A stretch of DNA of 64,000 nt, from the NCBI RefSeq assembly GCF_030684315.1, contig NC_081356.1:33071197-33135196 (forward strand). Reading direction: 5' to 3'. Origin of the DNA: Stegostoma tigrinum (Eukaryota). Positions 24,311 through 37,427 of the stretch are shown piece by piece. Both the position numbers and the translations under genes were made by a program. Every line of letters starts with the position of its first letter. The stretch's first letter is position 1. The notes beneath the pieces are model-generated. The model saw only the letters and a list, made by a program, of their open reading frames with translations. It was not told where the DNA came from and ran no database searches.

Positions 24311-27300
24311 AAAAACTGACTTCCAATATTTGATCATTGGTACAGGGAGTGATTGTGAAAAGCAAGGGGGATTATCAGCATTCAACTGAAGGATAATTTA
24401 TTCTGAATTTGATTGAAATTATGCTGGATTTGAAAAGAATTGGCTCAAACATGCTATAAGGCATTTTTTAATAATGTTAATTAATATTCACTTCTCAGAA
24501 TAATAGATTAGCTGATACTTCTGGGAAGAGAAACCTTTGTAAAATTTGAAGAGTGAAGCTCCATCGGATAGATAGAGAGTAGTTTTCGATAACGCCAAGT
24601 TAGGGCCCCTTAGATATTAGGTAATTTTATGCCCAAAGTTATTCAAATCTCCACAATGCTGGAAAACAGAATTGAATAAATTTATTTTGCCTTTAATGCT
24701 TGTGCACTTATTTAGGGCTTTTCTTTCAGATTGTTGATTCATTTTTTCTGAAGACTTTAAGAAATGTCGAGTAAGTTCACAGTCCAATTACAAACCATTG
24801 CATTTGCAGTGTAAAGGCATGTTGTTACAGGCCATGGTCTTATCTTTTGCAGCCACTTTTCACTAAAGACCTTGGGAACAATTTCATGAACCACTATGTG
24901 TTTGCAAGCAGGCGGAATAGCCTATGAAATTTACTGCTTGGTCTTCCCATTGTCTTCCTGCCCATGCCAGAACTTTTTATATGGCCATGTGAATGGCCTG
25001 ACCTGATCCCAATGAGACCTTTGGGTGGCTAGTTAGTGGCCATTGAAGGATTAGTCTCTGCCTCATCTCAATTTTGAAGAATGTTGGAAGACTTCAGGGA
25101 CTGGGAGATGCCCATCAGGACATCCCACACACTGTGAAAAAGGTACAGTTTCAGAGTTTGGATAGAGGAGGAGTGCCTCATTTAAAGGCCTCTTTCCATG
25201 CCCGGTATCTCCTCCCCATGTTCTGCCCTCAATTCCTCCCATTTCAGGGATTCCTGTCCTTTCTCAGCCTTTCCATCAAGAATTGCAATACTCTTTCTCT
25301 ACCACAATTACTGAACATCCCTGCTCCTCCATATCTAACTTGCCTCTGGGACTCTAAAACTTAGAATACATCAAAGAGCTGCCAACTTCAGAGCATTAAA
25401 AGGCTGTGGGGGCTATACTTCCTACCCATATTACAAATTATTAGTTAGCTTTCACCAGTTATCTAGGTTAGTCTATGCATAGGAAGTATGGTATTTTCTA
25501 AGATGACCATTCTGATATTTGTACTATTTGCCAATCCTACAATATGTGGCATTAGGTAAGGACTGAGAGAGGTTATTGCCTGCCATCAATCTTCTTTGGT
25601 GTCTCTGCTTTGTCTTTAGCCTATCTAGTGCTTAGTGGTAGAGGATACATCATTGTAGAGCAAAGAGGCACTTAACTTGAATACCAAGATGACGTACTTG
25701 CATGATAACATCAAGTCCAATGATAGTAGGTCAGGCCTATTTATGAGGACCTGAAGGAACCGGAGCAGATACATCTGCTTTCTCTAGAAGTTCAAGAATA
25801 ACTCCTTGTTTCCACCCAAAGATGGTGTGGCATCATTAGATTGGTTTCAACAAATGCAACAGGAACGTGGAGAGGTGGACTTTTAGATGATTAGAGCTCC
25901 AACAACAAAATACTTAACACTATCCAGGACATAAGGAGGGCACATGAATGACATCCCACATTGCCACTAGTGTGCAATGATGGAGGAAGTGAATATTGCC
26001 AGTGTAGTGCGTACCATCTACAAGTTGCATGAAAACAATGCTCTGATCCTCCTCATACAGAAAATGTTAAACTCATGACTTGTACTACGTAAAAGGACAA
26101 GGGCAGTAGACATGTGGGAACGCCATCAATTTCAAATCTCACACCACCCTAACTCGGAATTATGCTACTTCATTGACCCAATGGCAAAGTCCAGGAATTC
26201 CCTTAAAAACATGCTTGTCGATGTAGCTACAGCACATGGACTGTAACAGTTTTGGAAGCAGCTCATCAGCACCTTCTGAGGGCAAAGAGGAATAAGTGAT
26301 AAATGCTGGCCTAGCCTACATTTCTAAAATTGATTCATGGAATTTGGGTAAAGAATTTGGCTACAACTGACATTGTGCTGTTGATCGGAGTGATGGAACA
26401 CCCTGAAAAATCACACGATATAGACAGAGAACATCATAGCTCATTGTTTTATGCTTGATAAGTAGTATGTTATTTTATAAGAGCCAAGAGCTTTACACCT
26501 TGAAACAGACATCAATCATTCCACAGTCAGGGTGCATCTCAAACCTATTCTGTTTGAGGCACCAAAATTAACCGAGACTAGACAGAAATTGAATGATATT
26601 TGATGTGCAATGCTTGCAGTTTTGAAGACTTCAAACATTGCAGTAACTGTCTGCATGAGTGTTGTGACAGTTCTATCAAGTCCTTGTACTGAAAGTTTAA
26701 TGCTGAAGATTCACATCATTGGATTGGGTGAATCTTAAGGCAGAGTCTTGGGAAGGGAAATGATGAAAATAGCTCAAACATTCCATGTTGAACTCGCTCA
26801 TGTAAATTGTACCTAATTGAAATCATATAATAACTACATTTTGTTAAGACAAGAGCCGCTCTGCCACGATAAACCAAATAAGCTCTTAGACCCCCAGTCA
26901 AAGAAACAAGGATTAGTAGCAGCGTCCTTCAAATCCACAAATATCACATGACCATGCCTTTCTTCTCTCTCCCTCTGCTCCTCTGCCCCCCTCCCCTCGA
27001 GCAATATTCTAGTTCTGTATGACAAAGCGACTGTAGTAAATACTGATAAATGTCTAGTAAAATTTTACACAGCAAATCTGTCTTTTGAAGATGATTGCTG
27101 CTGTATGGAAAAACTACAAATCTCTGACCTGTGACTGAGGTTTTGGCACTCGTGTTTTGGAAGTGTGCTACAGCTGGTCTTTAGAAAAGTGCAATTTAAT
27201 TAGCCTGGCAAATGTTGAGCATTGCAATTGCAAGTCTTCCAGCAGTTCATCAGACTTAATATCTGCAGAAACAGATGGGGTGATAAAAATAGAGTCTATT

Positions 27301-27618
27301 TTGTGTTTAACTTCAAGACTTTGTGCATTTGCCACCAACATTGATCACAATGATTAGTGACACCGCTGTGTCCTTTGATGAATTTGCGACTGAAAGCATC
27401 AGTTCTCTTGTGTAACAGGCTCCAGCCCCTAGCTCCAAATGGGGCATTTATTAATGTCATCTGCCAAAAGAATGGCTTAAAAAGGAAGATCAAGGGGGAG
27501 AGCACATTGGTAAGTAGAAGAATAAGTGGGTTGATGGAGGGATCATACAGTCTGGGATCACATAATCTGAGGCAATTAATGACCGCTCATCTCTGTGTTA
27601 ACTATGCTATACTTTCAG

Positions 27619-27807
27619 CTTGTCATAATGTCTGGGACCGTGCTGCTCGCCTACTACTTTGAGTGCACAGACACCTTCAAGGTGCATATCCAGGGGTTCT
27701 TCTGCCAAGACGGTGACTTAATGAAGCCATACCCAGGACCAGAAGAAGACAGCTTCATCTCTCCACTGGTCCTGTACTGTGTGCTAGCAGCTACTCCAAC
27801 CATCATT
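27619..27807 (+). CDS. PLPPR1: PLPPR1 internal coding exon (189 nt, phase 0/0)
   Basis: TTTCAG|CTT...ATT|GTAAGT. Encodes LVIMSGTVLLAYYFECTDTFKVHIQGFFCQDGDLMKPYPGPEEDSFISPLVLYCVLAATPTII, nearly identical to vertebrate PLPPR1/PRG-3 as I recall it. Confidence 0.96.
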
Positions 27808-28129
27808 GTAAGTAAAATAAATTACACTGTATGGTGCTCTCCCAGTTTTGAACACATTTTCCTCTAATCATTCCTCTGCTAAGCTCTCCTCGTGTTTCAC
27901 TTGCTGTTGCTCCCCACCCCACCTCCCCATGCCAGTTCTCCTTTCCTTCTTCATTTCGGGCACAGTTATGACTGTGTCCTATTTTGATGCCAGGTTTTTT
28001 TTCCCAACTTTCTTGCTCCATCTTTAATCTGTTGATAAATTATATTGTTTGCAACCTCTGAGTGTAAATAAAAAATAAATCTAGAGTTTTCACAAGAAAC
28101 ATCTAACATTCAGATAGCATTACTCTCAA

Positions 28130-28191
28130 CGAGAGAGGGAGAGGAAGAGGAGGAGGAAGAGAGAGAGAGAGAGAAAAAGATAGAGATAGAG
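28130..28191. repeat. GA-rich microsatellite
   Basis: Mixed GAG/GA/GATAGA run. Confidence 0.85.
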
Positions 28192-29419
28192 CGAAGGATC
28201 AATTCATCTTCTGTCACGGGATTTCTGCAATTTTTAATAATTTAACTCGAGAACAACTTATTTAAAAGGCTTTCGTTTTCCAATCTGATACATACTCAAA
28301 ATTCCTCCATTATCATCCTTATGGTAAACCTTAATCTCATTTGATCAGTAAAGGCCTAACACATGTAGAATAATGTGACTTATCAGTCATCTTCGATGCA
28401 TTCCTGCTTGTTGCAACATCCATCTTTGGCACCCTCCAGAATTACAATGGATTAATTGTTAGCAAATTACATAAAACCTAAATTGAACAATTTCTGTACA
28501 TGAATGGTATTTGGTCCCAGTATAGCACTAATTTATTATCTAGAGACTTTTTAAACAAACTTTGTAATTTTAAAATATTTTGGAAGTAACGTGTGTTGTG
28601 AGAGCTGTGGTTCATTTCATTGTTGTTCAAAAAAAAATTTCCAACTTATCTTTTCCACTGAGTAAGAATTGGCAGAAAGTACTGTTAGTGTTCTGCAAGT
28701 TCCTTCAATAAACACATCTTTCAAAATACAGGATTTTTGGATGCACAATATTCTGTTGAAGTTTGAAAGCTAACAAGGAGGTAATGGAAAATCAAAGGTC
28801 ATTTTGTCGTCCAGATCCCATGTCTTTGGAAAAAAATAGAATTACCCGACATGGGATCTTCTGAAAAGTTTAAACTAGAGCTGTAAGGTTTTTAGCAAGA
28901 AGGATTCATAGCGGTATTAGATGTTCTCCAGGACTTTGGGAAATTGAAAATTTATTTTGGTGGTAGGCATAGCACCACTTCTACAAGGGCAATAAGAAAT
29001 GGACAATAAATGCAGACTTATCATCGGCACCCATATTCTATGTATGAATTTAAAACAAAAAAAATCACATTTGGGAAGTGTGCAAAATACTTGAACCCTC
29101 TCTGTCTATGTCATCCATGTAATTAATGACACAGTACCAACAAATCCATCTCTCTCCTCCCCAAACCCCCTCCCCCACCTCCGCCATAGTCAGGGACAAA
29201 CAGAAACACTGCAAAAGGTTGGAGACTTCTTTATAGAGACTCAAAACTCAGAGGTCAGATTGGGGAATAAGATGTACGTGCAAAAAAGGCAGGGCCCTTC
29301 ATAACTGAGATCTCAGATCCTCATTCTGCTGTGATTATCAACAACTGACAACTGTGGTCGGACATAAAAAGCAAGATACTGCAGATGCGGGGAATTTGAA
29401 GTAGAAGTGCAAAGTACGC

Positions 29420-29621
29420 AGAGAGTAGTAAGGGAATGCAAGGCTTTGCCTGCAACGGTGGTAGATTCGCCAACTTTGGGTACATTTAAGGCGTCATTGG
29501 ATAAGCATATGGACGTACATGGAATAGTGTAGGTTAGATGGGCTTGAGATCGGTATGACAGGTCGGCACAACATCGAGGGCTGAAGGGCTTGTACTGTGC
29601 TGTAATGTTCTATGTTCTATG
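29420..29621 (+). mobile_element. Relatively young CR1 3' end inserted into an older Penelope-type tail
   Basis: Ends in GGGCTGAAGGGCTTGTACTGTGCTGTAATG(TTCTATG)2 and retains CpGs. GTACG(C/G) on both flanks. Confidence 0.75.
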
Positions 29622-30549
29622 TACGGGAGAAACTAGCAAATCACAGAATTGATGCCTCCTTCTGTGCTGCATTCAGTCCATTGTGCCTACACAGGCTGTA
29701 TTATCGAGTCTCATGTTATCATCTCCTGCCAATTTCCTGCCTTTTCCCATATGCAGTGCATTCCATGTATTATGACTATGTGAGAAACATTTCTCACATC
29801 ACCCTTGCTTCTTTGCAAATCTGCACCTTCTTGATCTTAATATGACTGGGAACCACTTCTCCCCATCTACTCTGCTACCCACTTATGATTTTGAAAACCT
29901 TTAACAATTCTCCTGTCAGCCTCATCATTCAGTTAGTCTCAAGAAGAATGGTTCCATTTATTCAATCTATCCTCATAACCGAAGATCCTCATTCTTGGGA
30001 ACACCCTGTCTCCAATGCATTCACATGAGGTGCCCACAACTGAACACAACACTCCAGCTGAGCCTAACAAGTGTCTTGTACAAGTTCAACATTCCTCACC
30101 ACCTCCTTCCTCTTGTACTCTGTGCCTCTATTAATAAAAGAACAAGGCACTATATACTTTATTCACTGTTCTCTTCATCTGCAAACCTGAAAATTCAGGA
30201 CTTTTTTTGGATACTTCCCAGCTCTGTGAACCTGATTTGAGACAACGTGTCCCAGAACTTTGTAGGAGTGCGTTGCTGGCTGGACTGGGAGGCAGAAACA
30301 GTCCTGACCCAACCAGGATTGTCAGTAGGCTTGTCGGAAAGCCTGCCACTGCGTACCCACACTTTGTTAAAGATTTAAATCAAAAATAAAATAATTCTAG
30401 CCCTCTGCACCTCCATTCCTGGCCTCCATACCAACCTTTGCCCAGCACCCCCCAATGACTCCTCACCCTCATCCCAATCAATGGTCTCTATGTAAAAGGT
30501 GTTTCATTGCTATGGAAATTCAGGCCGGAATGAACATTGAATCGGTTAA

Positions 30550-31160
30550 AAGCTTCTTCTCTGGAACTGAAGGAGGGCAGGAATACCATGGGTTATCAGC
30601 TGTTGAAAAATGAGAATTGGAGGGAAAACCAAAAAGGAAATTTTGGGGTGCAGTAGAGAGGGTGGAAGAGGTTGAATGCTAAAGGCATATTTCTTTTTCA
30701 GCACAAAAGGTAAAACATTGGTAGTCGTTGCAAAAAGGCAAAGCATTTAGCCAGAGCAAGCGTGAATGATAGAATAACGCACAGTTGTTAGAAAATTTGA
30801 GAACAATTCAAATTGGCACACGCCAAAAATTACGAAACGATAGAAGACAGTGCTTGTGATCTGAAGTTGTGTAATCCAAGGAGTGCGTGCTGACATTTGA
30901 TACAGTACTGATCTTCACTGGAACATTGCAGGTGGTTAAGGACAGAAGTACGAACATGGGACCAAAAGGTGGAGAATTAAAATGTTAAGCAACCAAAAGC
31001 TCAGGAATATGTACTGTGCACAGTGTTGTTCTGCAAACCAGTTACCCAAGGTGTGCCTAGTCTCCACTATGTAGAGGAGATTGGTGTTCACAGTTCACAA
31101 TGAGGACTGGATTGAAAGCAGTACATCACTGCTTCACTGTGAAGGTTTGGTGCCTTGGAT
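30550..31160 (-). mobile_element. Decayed Penelope-like GIY-YIG/3' fragment
   Basis: Minus-strand NLLYIVETRHTLGNWFAEQ (~31025-31085) aligns with FLYIGETKQRLGDRFAEH. Confidence 0.65.
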
Positions 31161-31664
31161 GGCAGTCAGACAGAACTTCCATCACGTAACTTCCTGCCTG
31201 CTGTCTTCTCTGTCTTGGAAGGCAGGAAGACTATGAACAATTCTTGACTGTGTCAGTCAAATGACTTTTTAAAATTCTAATTAATTCTTTTAACTAAATA
31301 AGCAGAAGAGTTCAAAGGAAACTACACTCCAAATGGACTTTTTATTTTCCAGACAAGTGTATCTGGTGTTCAATTGTTGGAGACACCAGACCAGGATTGG
31401 AGGGTCAGCAATCCTTGTTTCAAGCACACAGATACAGGGAGTTCCAGTATGTGACGTTCTTGGGACAGGAAGGAGTTATACATTCAGCCAGCGACACTTA
31501 AGAATTATAACTGCATGAGCTGTGAAACATTGATCTTTTTTCTCTCTCTTCCCAGCATATGCTGACTTCTAGCACACTTGCATGATAGCTTCAACTTGGT
31601 AAAATTCATACTTTTCAAAATGCTGCTTACGGTTTACCTTTACATCCCCATTTAGATTTTGTAT

Positions 31665-32760
31665 TTTTAATCATTCGAAGTGGCGTCACTGACTTGGCCA
31701 ACATTTATTGTCCATCTCTAATTTCCTTGGAGGTGGCAGTGCTGTTCATGGGGTCTAGGGACACTACCAGTGCAGTTAGGAAGGAATTTCTAGAATTTTG
31801 ACCCATTAAAAGTGAAGGAAAAGCAAAATAGTTCTCAGGCAGGCTGGTGCTTAGCTTGGAGGGGAATTTGCAGCTGGTGTTCCCATGTGTCTGCTCCCCT
31901 TGTTCTTTTTTGGTGGTAGAGGTCAGTTTTCTAAAATGGAAGGTATAATTGAAATAGCCCTGGTGAATTTCTGCAGTCCATCTTGTCATGATAGTAGAAG
32001 CAGTATGGATGCTAAAGGGAGTGGACTTCAAATGTTGCCAGTGTGGTGCCAATCAAGTCAGCTGCTTTGTCCTGGAAATGTTTTGAGTGTTGTTGGAATT
32101 GCACACATTCAGGCAAGTGGAGAGTAGGGTATTCTATCAAAGTCCTGATTTGTCTCTTGCAGTGGACAGACATTGAGGAGACAGGATGCAAGTTATTTGC
32201 TGCTTAACCCTTCGCCTCTGACTGGTTCTTATATCCGCTGTATTTATACTGTTATTCTAGTTGAGTTTCTGGGTGGTCAATAGTAAACCCCAGGTCGTTA
32301 TTAGTGGGAGAATTCAGTGATAATGATGATACTGTCAAATGTCAAGGTTAGCAATGGTTAAATTCTCACTTGTTGGAGACGGTCATTCCCTGGAACTTGA
32401 GTGATACAAATGCTACTTGCCAGACATTCGCCCATAGGTGGTTTATTGGCCAGGTCTTGCTGCGTGAGGACATGGACTGTCAGATGCCTGTCAGTGGTGC
32501 TAAACATTGTGGAGTGAATATTGCCAGTTTGATTTTATGGCAGAGGGTCGGCCATTGATGGTGCAGCTGAAGATGGTTGTGCCTAGGACACCCCACCAAG
32601 GAACTCCTGCAGAGGTGCCCGAGAACTGAGATGACTGACTGCCATCAACCACAACCTTCTTTTTCTTGTGCCAGGTTTGAGTCCAACGAACAGAGCATTT
32701 CACCCGATAACCACTGACTCCAATTAGGGCTCCTCGGTGTCAACACTTGGTCAGATTCTG
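31665..32760 (-). mobile_element. Decayed CR1/L2-group LINE, RT to 3' end
   Basis: VVVDGSQS...SAGVPWWGVLGTTIFSCTING resembles the RT motif GVPQGSVLGPxLF. 3' pieces of the same family lie at ~12230-12420, ~25900-26330, ~47040-47490 and ~56250-56400. Confidence 0.8.
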
Positions 32761-33127
32761 CCTATTTACTAAAACAGGACTATTTAGCCTTGTTGCTTCT
32801 TCCTGATTAACATTTAGTGACAACCTGCGCGGAATAAAAACTTCCTGGACTCAAAACGTTAAGCATGCTTTCTCTCCACAGATGCTGCCGGACCTGCTGA
32901 GTTTTTCCAGAAATTTATTTTTGTTCGATTTCCAGCATCCACTGTTCTTTTGTTTTTGCAATAAGAATGCATTAGCCTTCAGTGTGTTGGTTCCAGCAGG
33001 CAAATGGAATATTACCACTCCGAAAGGAGAGAGCAAAAATTTAGGGTGATTATGGGCGGACTCCTTATGTGAGTGTTCCTGGTAAACTGCTTCACTATCC
33101 TAAATGACATCATATCAATCTTGTTCA

Positions 33128-33325
33128 GAGGTGGTAAGAACTGCCAATGCTGGAGTCTGAGATAACACTGAGTGGAGCTGGAGGAACACAGCAGGCCAGG
33201 CAGCATGAGAGGAGCAGGAAAGCTGAACATTCTGAAGAAGGGTTCTGACCCAAGACGTCAGCTTTCCTGCTCCTCTGATGCTGCCTGGCCTGCTCTGTTC
33301 ATCCAGCTCCACACTGTGCTATGTC
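33128..33325. mobile_element. Miniature palindromic Penelope derivative
   Basis: Tail-bearing minus arm (GAGGTGGTAAGAACTGCCAATGCTGGAG...) followed by a tail-less plus arm starting TTCTGAAGAAGGG. Confidence 0.85.
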
Positions 33326-33539
33326 ACTCCTGTTCTATGATTAACATGGTAGCAGAAATTTTAAAATTTGAGACATTTAAAAAAAGAGATCTGTACATAG
33401 TGGAAACTATGTACAACTGGGACATTTTAAAAAGGGGAATACAGCTTGGTACTTGGGAATAAATTGTCCTTGATTTTCAGAAGAGATAGGGAGCAAACTG
33501 AATAAGAGGAGGGTGGTGAAAGTTGGAGATATTCATCAA

Positions 33540-34300
33540 GCCAGAATCGCCCAGCAGAGTAACAAAACGCTTTGGTCCAACTCGTCCATGCTGACCAGGT
33601 TTTCCAAACTAAACTAGTCCCATTTTCCTGTGCTTGGCCCGTATCCCTCTAAACCTTTCCTATTCATGTACCAATCCAAATGTCTTTTAAATACTGTAAC
33701 TGTACCTGCATCTACCGCTTCCTGTGGCAGTTCATTCTATATACAAACCACTGTGTCAAAAAATTGCCCCTCAGGTCCCTTTTAAATCTTTTCCCTCTCA
33801 CCTTTAAATTATGTCCTCTATTTTTGAACTCCCTTATCCTAGGGAAAGGCCTTTGCTCTCCATCTTATCTACGTCCCTAATGATTTTATAAGCCTTCATA
33901 AATATCACCTTTCAACCTCAAACTCCAGTGAAAAATGTCCCAGCCTCTCTTTGTAAATCAGTACTCCTCAGTCCCAGTCACATCCTTGTAAATTGGACAG
34001 GGTGAGGGGTGACCTTATTTTGGTTTATAAAATCCATGTAGACAGCATCTACCACTCTGCCCTCAATCTCACTGAATTTTCTTTTGAGGGTCCGACCAAT
34101 CAAGTTTGAGACAATTTCTCAGGCACAAAGCCACGCTGACTATCCCTACTCAGTCTTCACTTTTCCAAATGCGTATGAATTCTGTCTCTCAGAATCCCTT
34201 CCAACAACTCACACCACTGATGTCAGCCTCACCAATCTGTAGGGTTTTCTTTGGAACCTTTCCTAAATAAAAGCCACAACATCAGCCACACTCTGCCACA
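33540..34300 (-). mobile_element. CR1 fragments
   Basis: 33560-33950 is the reverse complement of the CR1 3' end seen at 42150-42350. Confidence 0.7.
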
Positions 34301-37018
34301 ATGTGAATATTAAAATATTTACACTCTCCTTTCCTTGACAGTGCCACCTCAGCTGAGGATGCCTGTGACTACCCCACAACCATTCCAAAATGGAAGCCCA
34401 AGAGCTGTTTTATTAGTCTTAGTCTTCCTTGTGAGAGAAGGGGCTTTCTAGATCATTAACATTTTTATGGGCTTGATATTAATGGAGCCTGCAACGGCAG
34501 AGATTAAACCAGTGGCACTTTACCAATAGACACAATGACACAAGACAAGTCCATTCTCTTTGCGTTTCTCAGCAGAATTTTGGTTCTCAGGTGGTCAACA
34601 AAAGAAGAGTGAATAGGCCTCAAATTGGCCTGAAATCTGGTTTCACAGCACGTCCTAATGCTAACAATGTTAACTGAGCTTGGCCTGGGCTTTTCCTCCT
34701 TTCTACATATAGCATCTCCATAACGTAAACATACACCCTACCACTAACAAAGCAGATTATCTGGTCACTTATCCTGCTGTTTTGTGGGGCCTTGCTTTAT
34801 ATAAACGAGTTACTGCATTTCTTATATCAGTAACTGCATTTCAAGAATATTTCATTGACTAGAAAATACTCATGCTGTATTGAGGTGATGAAGGCACTCT
34901 CTTTTGCAAGTCTTTTCTCAAGTCATTGAACTGTAAAAACTATGCTTTTATGAATGAATGGACAGAAAATGATGGACTGGAAGTGTATGACTTACTGATT
35001 TAGATAAAGTTTTGTCATCAATGCATCTGCAAATTCAGCAAGTTTTCCTTTTTTTAATTTAGTGATGTTATAGAGAAGAGGAGGTTAAATAAAAGAAAAT
35101 ACCTGATATTAAATTTATAAGTAATAAGTAACTATCTATTTAACCCTAACAGTGGACAAATGAACAGAATTACTAACAAACTGATCAATTCCCCCTTAAC
35201 TAACTAACTGTTCCCGAACTGAACTAAATTCTACTGGTATGCCATTCTTATAAATAGAAGTCCCACTTATATAAACCAAGTAATAAGAAAATAAATTAAG
35301 AAAACTTAGTCTACCAAAGACTTCATGCCTTCCCTCTGCTGTTCAAGTCATAAACATCTTTTTTTCTGCTGATTCGGCTGTCAGAGATGTTTTCTCTGAA
35401 GTCTTCTGTGAGGACTCTTAGCTGGAAGTGCTGTGATACCTTTTGTAGATAGATGATGATTTCTTAGACAGCTTAGTGATTTCTTGTGAGTGCTAAGTGC
35501 TTATTTCTCAAATGGCGGTTCACTTACACCAATTTTCAGAAACCCCCTCCTTCTATGCCTTGGATGACATATCAATTTTCTTACAATAGCATTGGACAGA
35601 GGTTGACAAAACCATCAGATTTGTATTCATTGGCTTTCAATCGCTGAGTGCTTGGTTTAGATTGATTAGCTGATTCCAACATGTTGACAAAACAAGCTTA
35701 AGGTTTCCAATCACACAGCCAATTGATATATTTCAATTTCAGAACTAGCGTACACTTTTAGCTACAAACAGACTTTTTCCCCCTTGTGAATCTAAGTTTA
35801 GGAAAGCACTTAATCACTTAAAGGAACCGCACAATTTTTTTTACACAAACAAATTCTAGCTTCCTTCCTTCCAATTTATGATTACTCTACACAATTTCAT
35901 AACACTAAAAACCATGTCCATGAACATAATGTTCACATTTATAGTTTTAGCAGTCTTCAAATTCTTATATTGTAAAGCATGAAAAATTCCAGAACTACTT
36001 TTTAAAAAAAACAATAAATCTAGTCGAAAGGAATTAACAAATTCTGTTTACATCAAATAAACAAACCAAAACAAATCATTTTGTTTTTGAACCAGCAGTA
36101 ATGAACTCAGTGTAGCAGCTGTAACTTCTCAAATATGCTGCTTCTGAGAGAGTTCATAGCACAAAAACATAATTAGAATACATTTACCTAAAATCACCAT
36201 TTGCTTAAGAAAACTTTGAGAATTTTGTTTCCAGGTTCTTTCGTGGAACTTTAAACTTTGATAGAGGGGCATGAAGTGGACAATAGTCTGTAGAACACTG
36301 TATTGCATTTTTATAGGAGCTATAGTGATCCATTCATACTGCTGCCTGGATAAGGGCTCAGCGACGTTGGACTTAAAAAAAGGAAAATGTTCTTCAGAGG
36401 TTGTTGGATCTTTGGGGTTTCCCTCAGAATTCCAGAGAGTTGCAGCTGCTTAATCAGTGAGAATGTTCAGTTGCGGGTGGGGTGGGGTGAGGGGGTGGGG
36501 GGGGGGTGGGGGGGGAAGCGGAAGTGGAGAGGAGGGAGAGAGAGAGAGAGACCTCAACAGATTTCTGGGCTATAAAGGAATCAAGGAATGTTGAAAAAGG
36601 GCTGCAAGTTGGAATTTAGACTGGTCAACCAGGGTTAAATGGTAGAATATGTCGCAGGGTTTGATATACTCTTGCACCCATATCTTTTATGATTAGCATT
36701 TCAATTGCCAAACTCTCATGATGTTCTATGAAAGTGTTAAATACACTGTTAGCTCTTGATCCTCTTTGATGTAGAGATCACACATTGCAGAATTTCCAAA
36801 AATCTTCCCAATCATTGCACATTTCAAATTAACTGCCGTGAAGTAAATTGCCCAGTAGGAGTCTAATTAATAGATTAAATTTAATCACATTGGAAAGAAA
36901 TTAAACATTTCATGGCTAAAGAAAAATGTTTTAAGTTTTTATTGTGGGTGTTGCCAACCTTCAATACAGGAGGAAAAAGATCAAAACTTTTCAGATGAAA
37001 ATTTACAAACCTGTTGCA

Positions 37019-37053
37019 CAGCACCACCTAGTGGCCTGTTTGTAGAACCGCAA
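37019..37053 (-). promoter_or_regulatory. Candidate CTCF site (core plus upstream module)
   Basis: Minus strand TTGCGGTTCT-ACAAAC-AGGCCACTAGGTGGTGCTG is close to the CCACYAGRTGGCRC core with a TGCAG-like upstream motif. Confidence 0.55.
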
Positions 37054-37071
37054 CAGACTCAAATTAAGGAA

Positions 37072-37271
37072 GAGATCATGGGGGGAACTGCAGATGCTGG
37101 AGAATCCAAGATAACAAAGTGCGAAGCTGGATGAACACAGCAGGCCAAGCAGTATCTCAGGAGCACAAACGCTGACGTTTCGGATGAAGGGTCTAGGCCC
37201 GAAATGTCAGCTTTTGTGCTCCTGAGATGCTGCTTGGCCTGCTGTGTTCATCCAGCTTCACACTTTGTCAT
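37072..37271. mobile_element. Miniature palindromic Penelope derivative with 14-bp TSD
   Basis: CTCAAATTAAGGAA at 37058-37071 and 37272-37285. Tail on the left arm only; arms join at TTTCG|GATGAAG. Confidence 0.92.
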
Positions 37272-37343
37272 CTCAAATTAAGGAACACAGGAACGGACAG
37301 ACCATTCAGTCCTCAGCTTACTCAATTATTCAAATATATGATG

Positions 37344-37427
37344 ACACCTGAAGAAGCGAGACTGCAAATGCTTGTATCTCCAAATAAACATGTTGGACTA
37401 TAACCTAGTGTTGTGTGACTTTTGGCA
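37344..37427 (+). mobile_element. Probable 3' end of a third Penelope-type family
   Basis: CACCTGAAGAAG...AAATAAACATGTTGGACTATAACCTAGTGTTGTGTGAC, with a decayed CTGANGA motif. Recognised from memory only. Confidence 0.4.
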
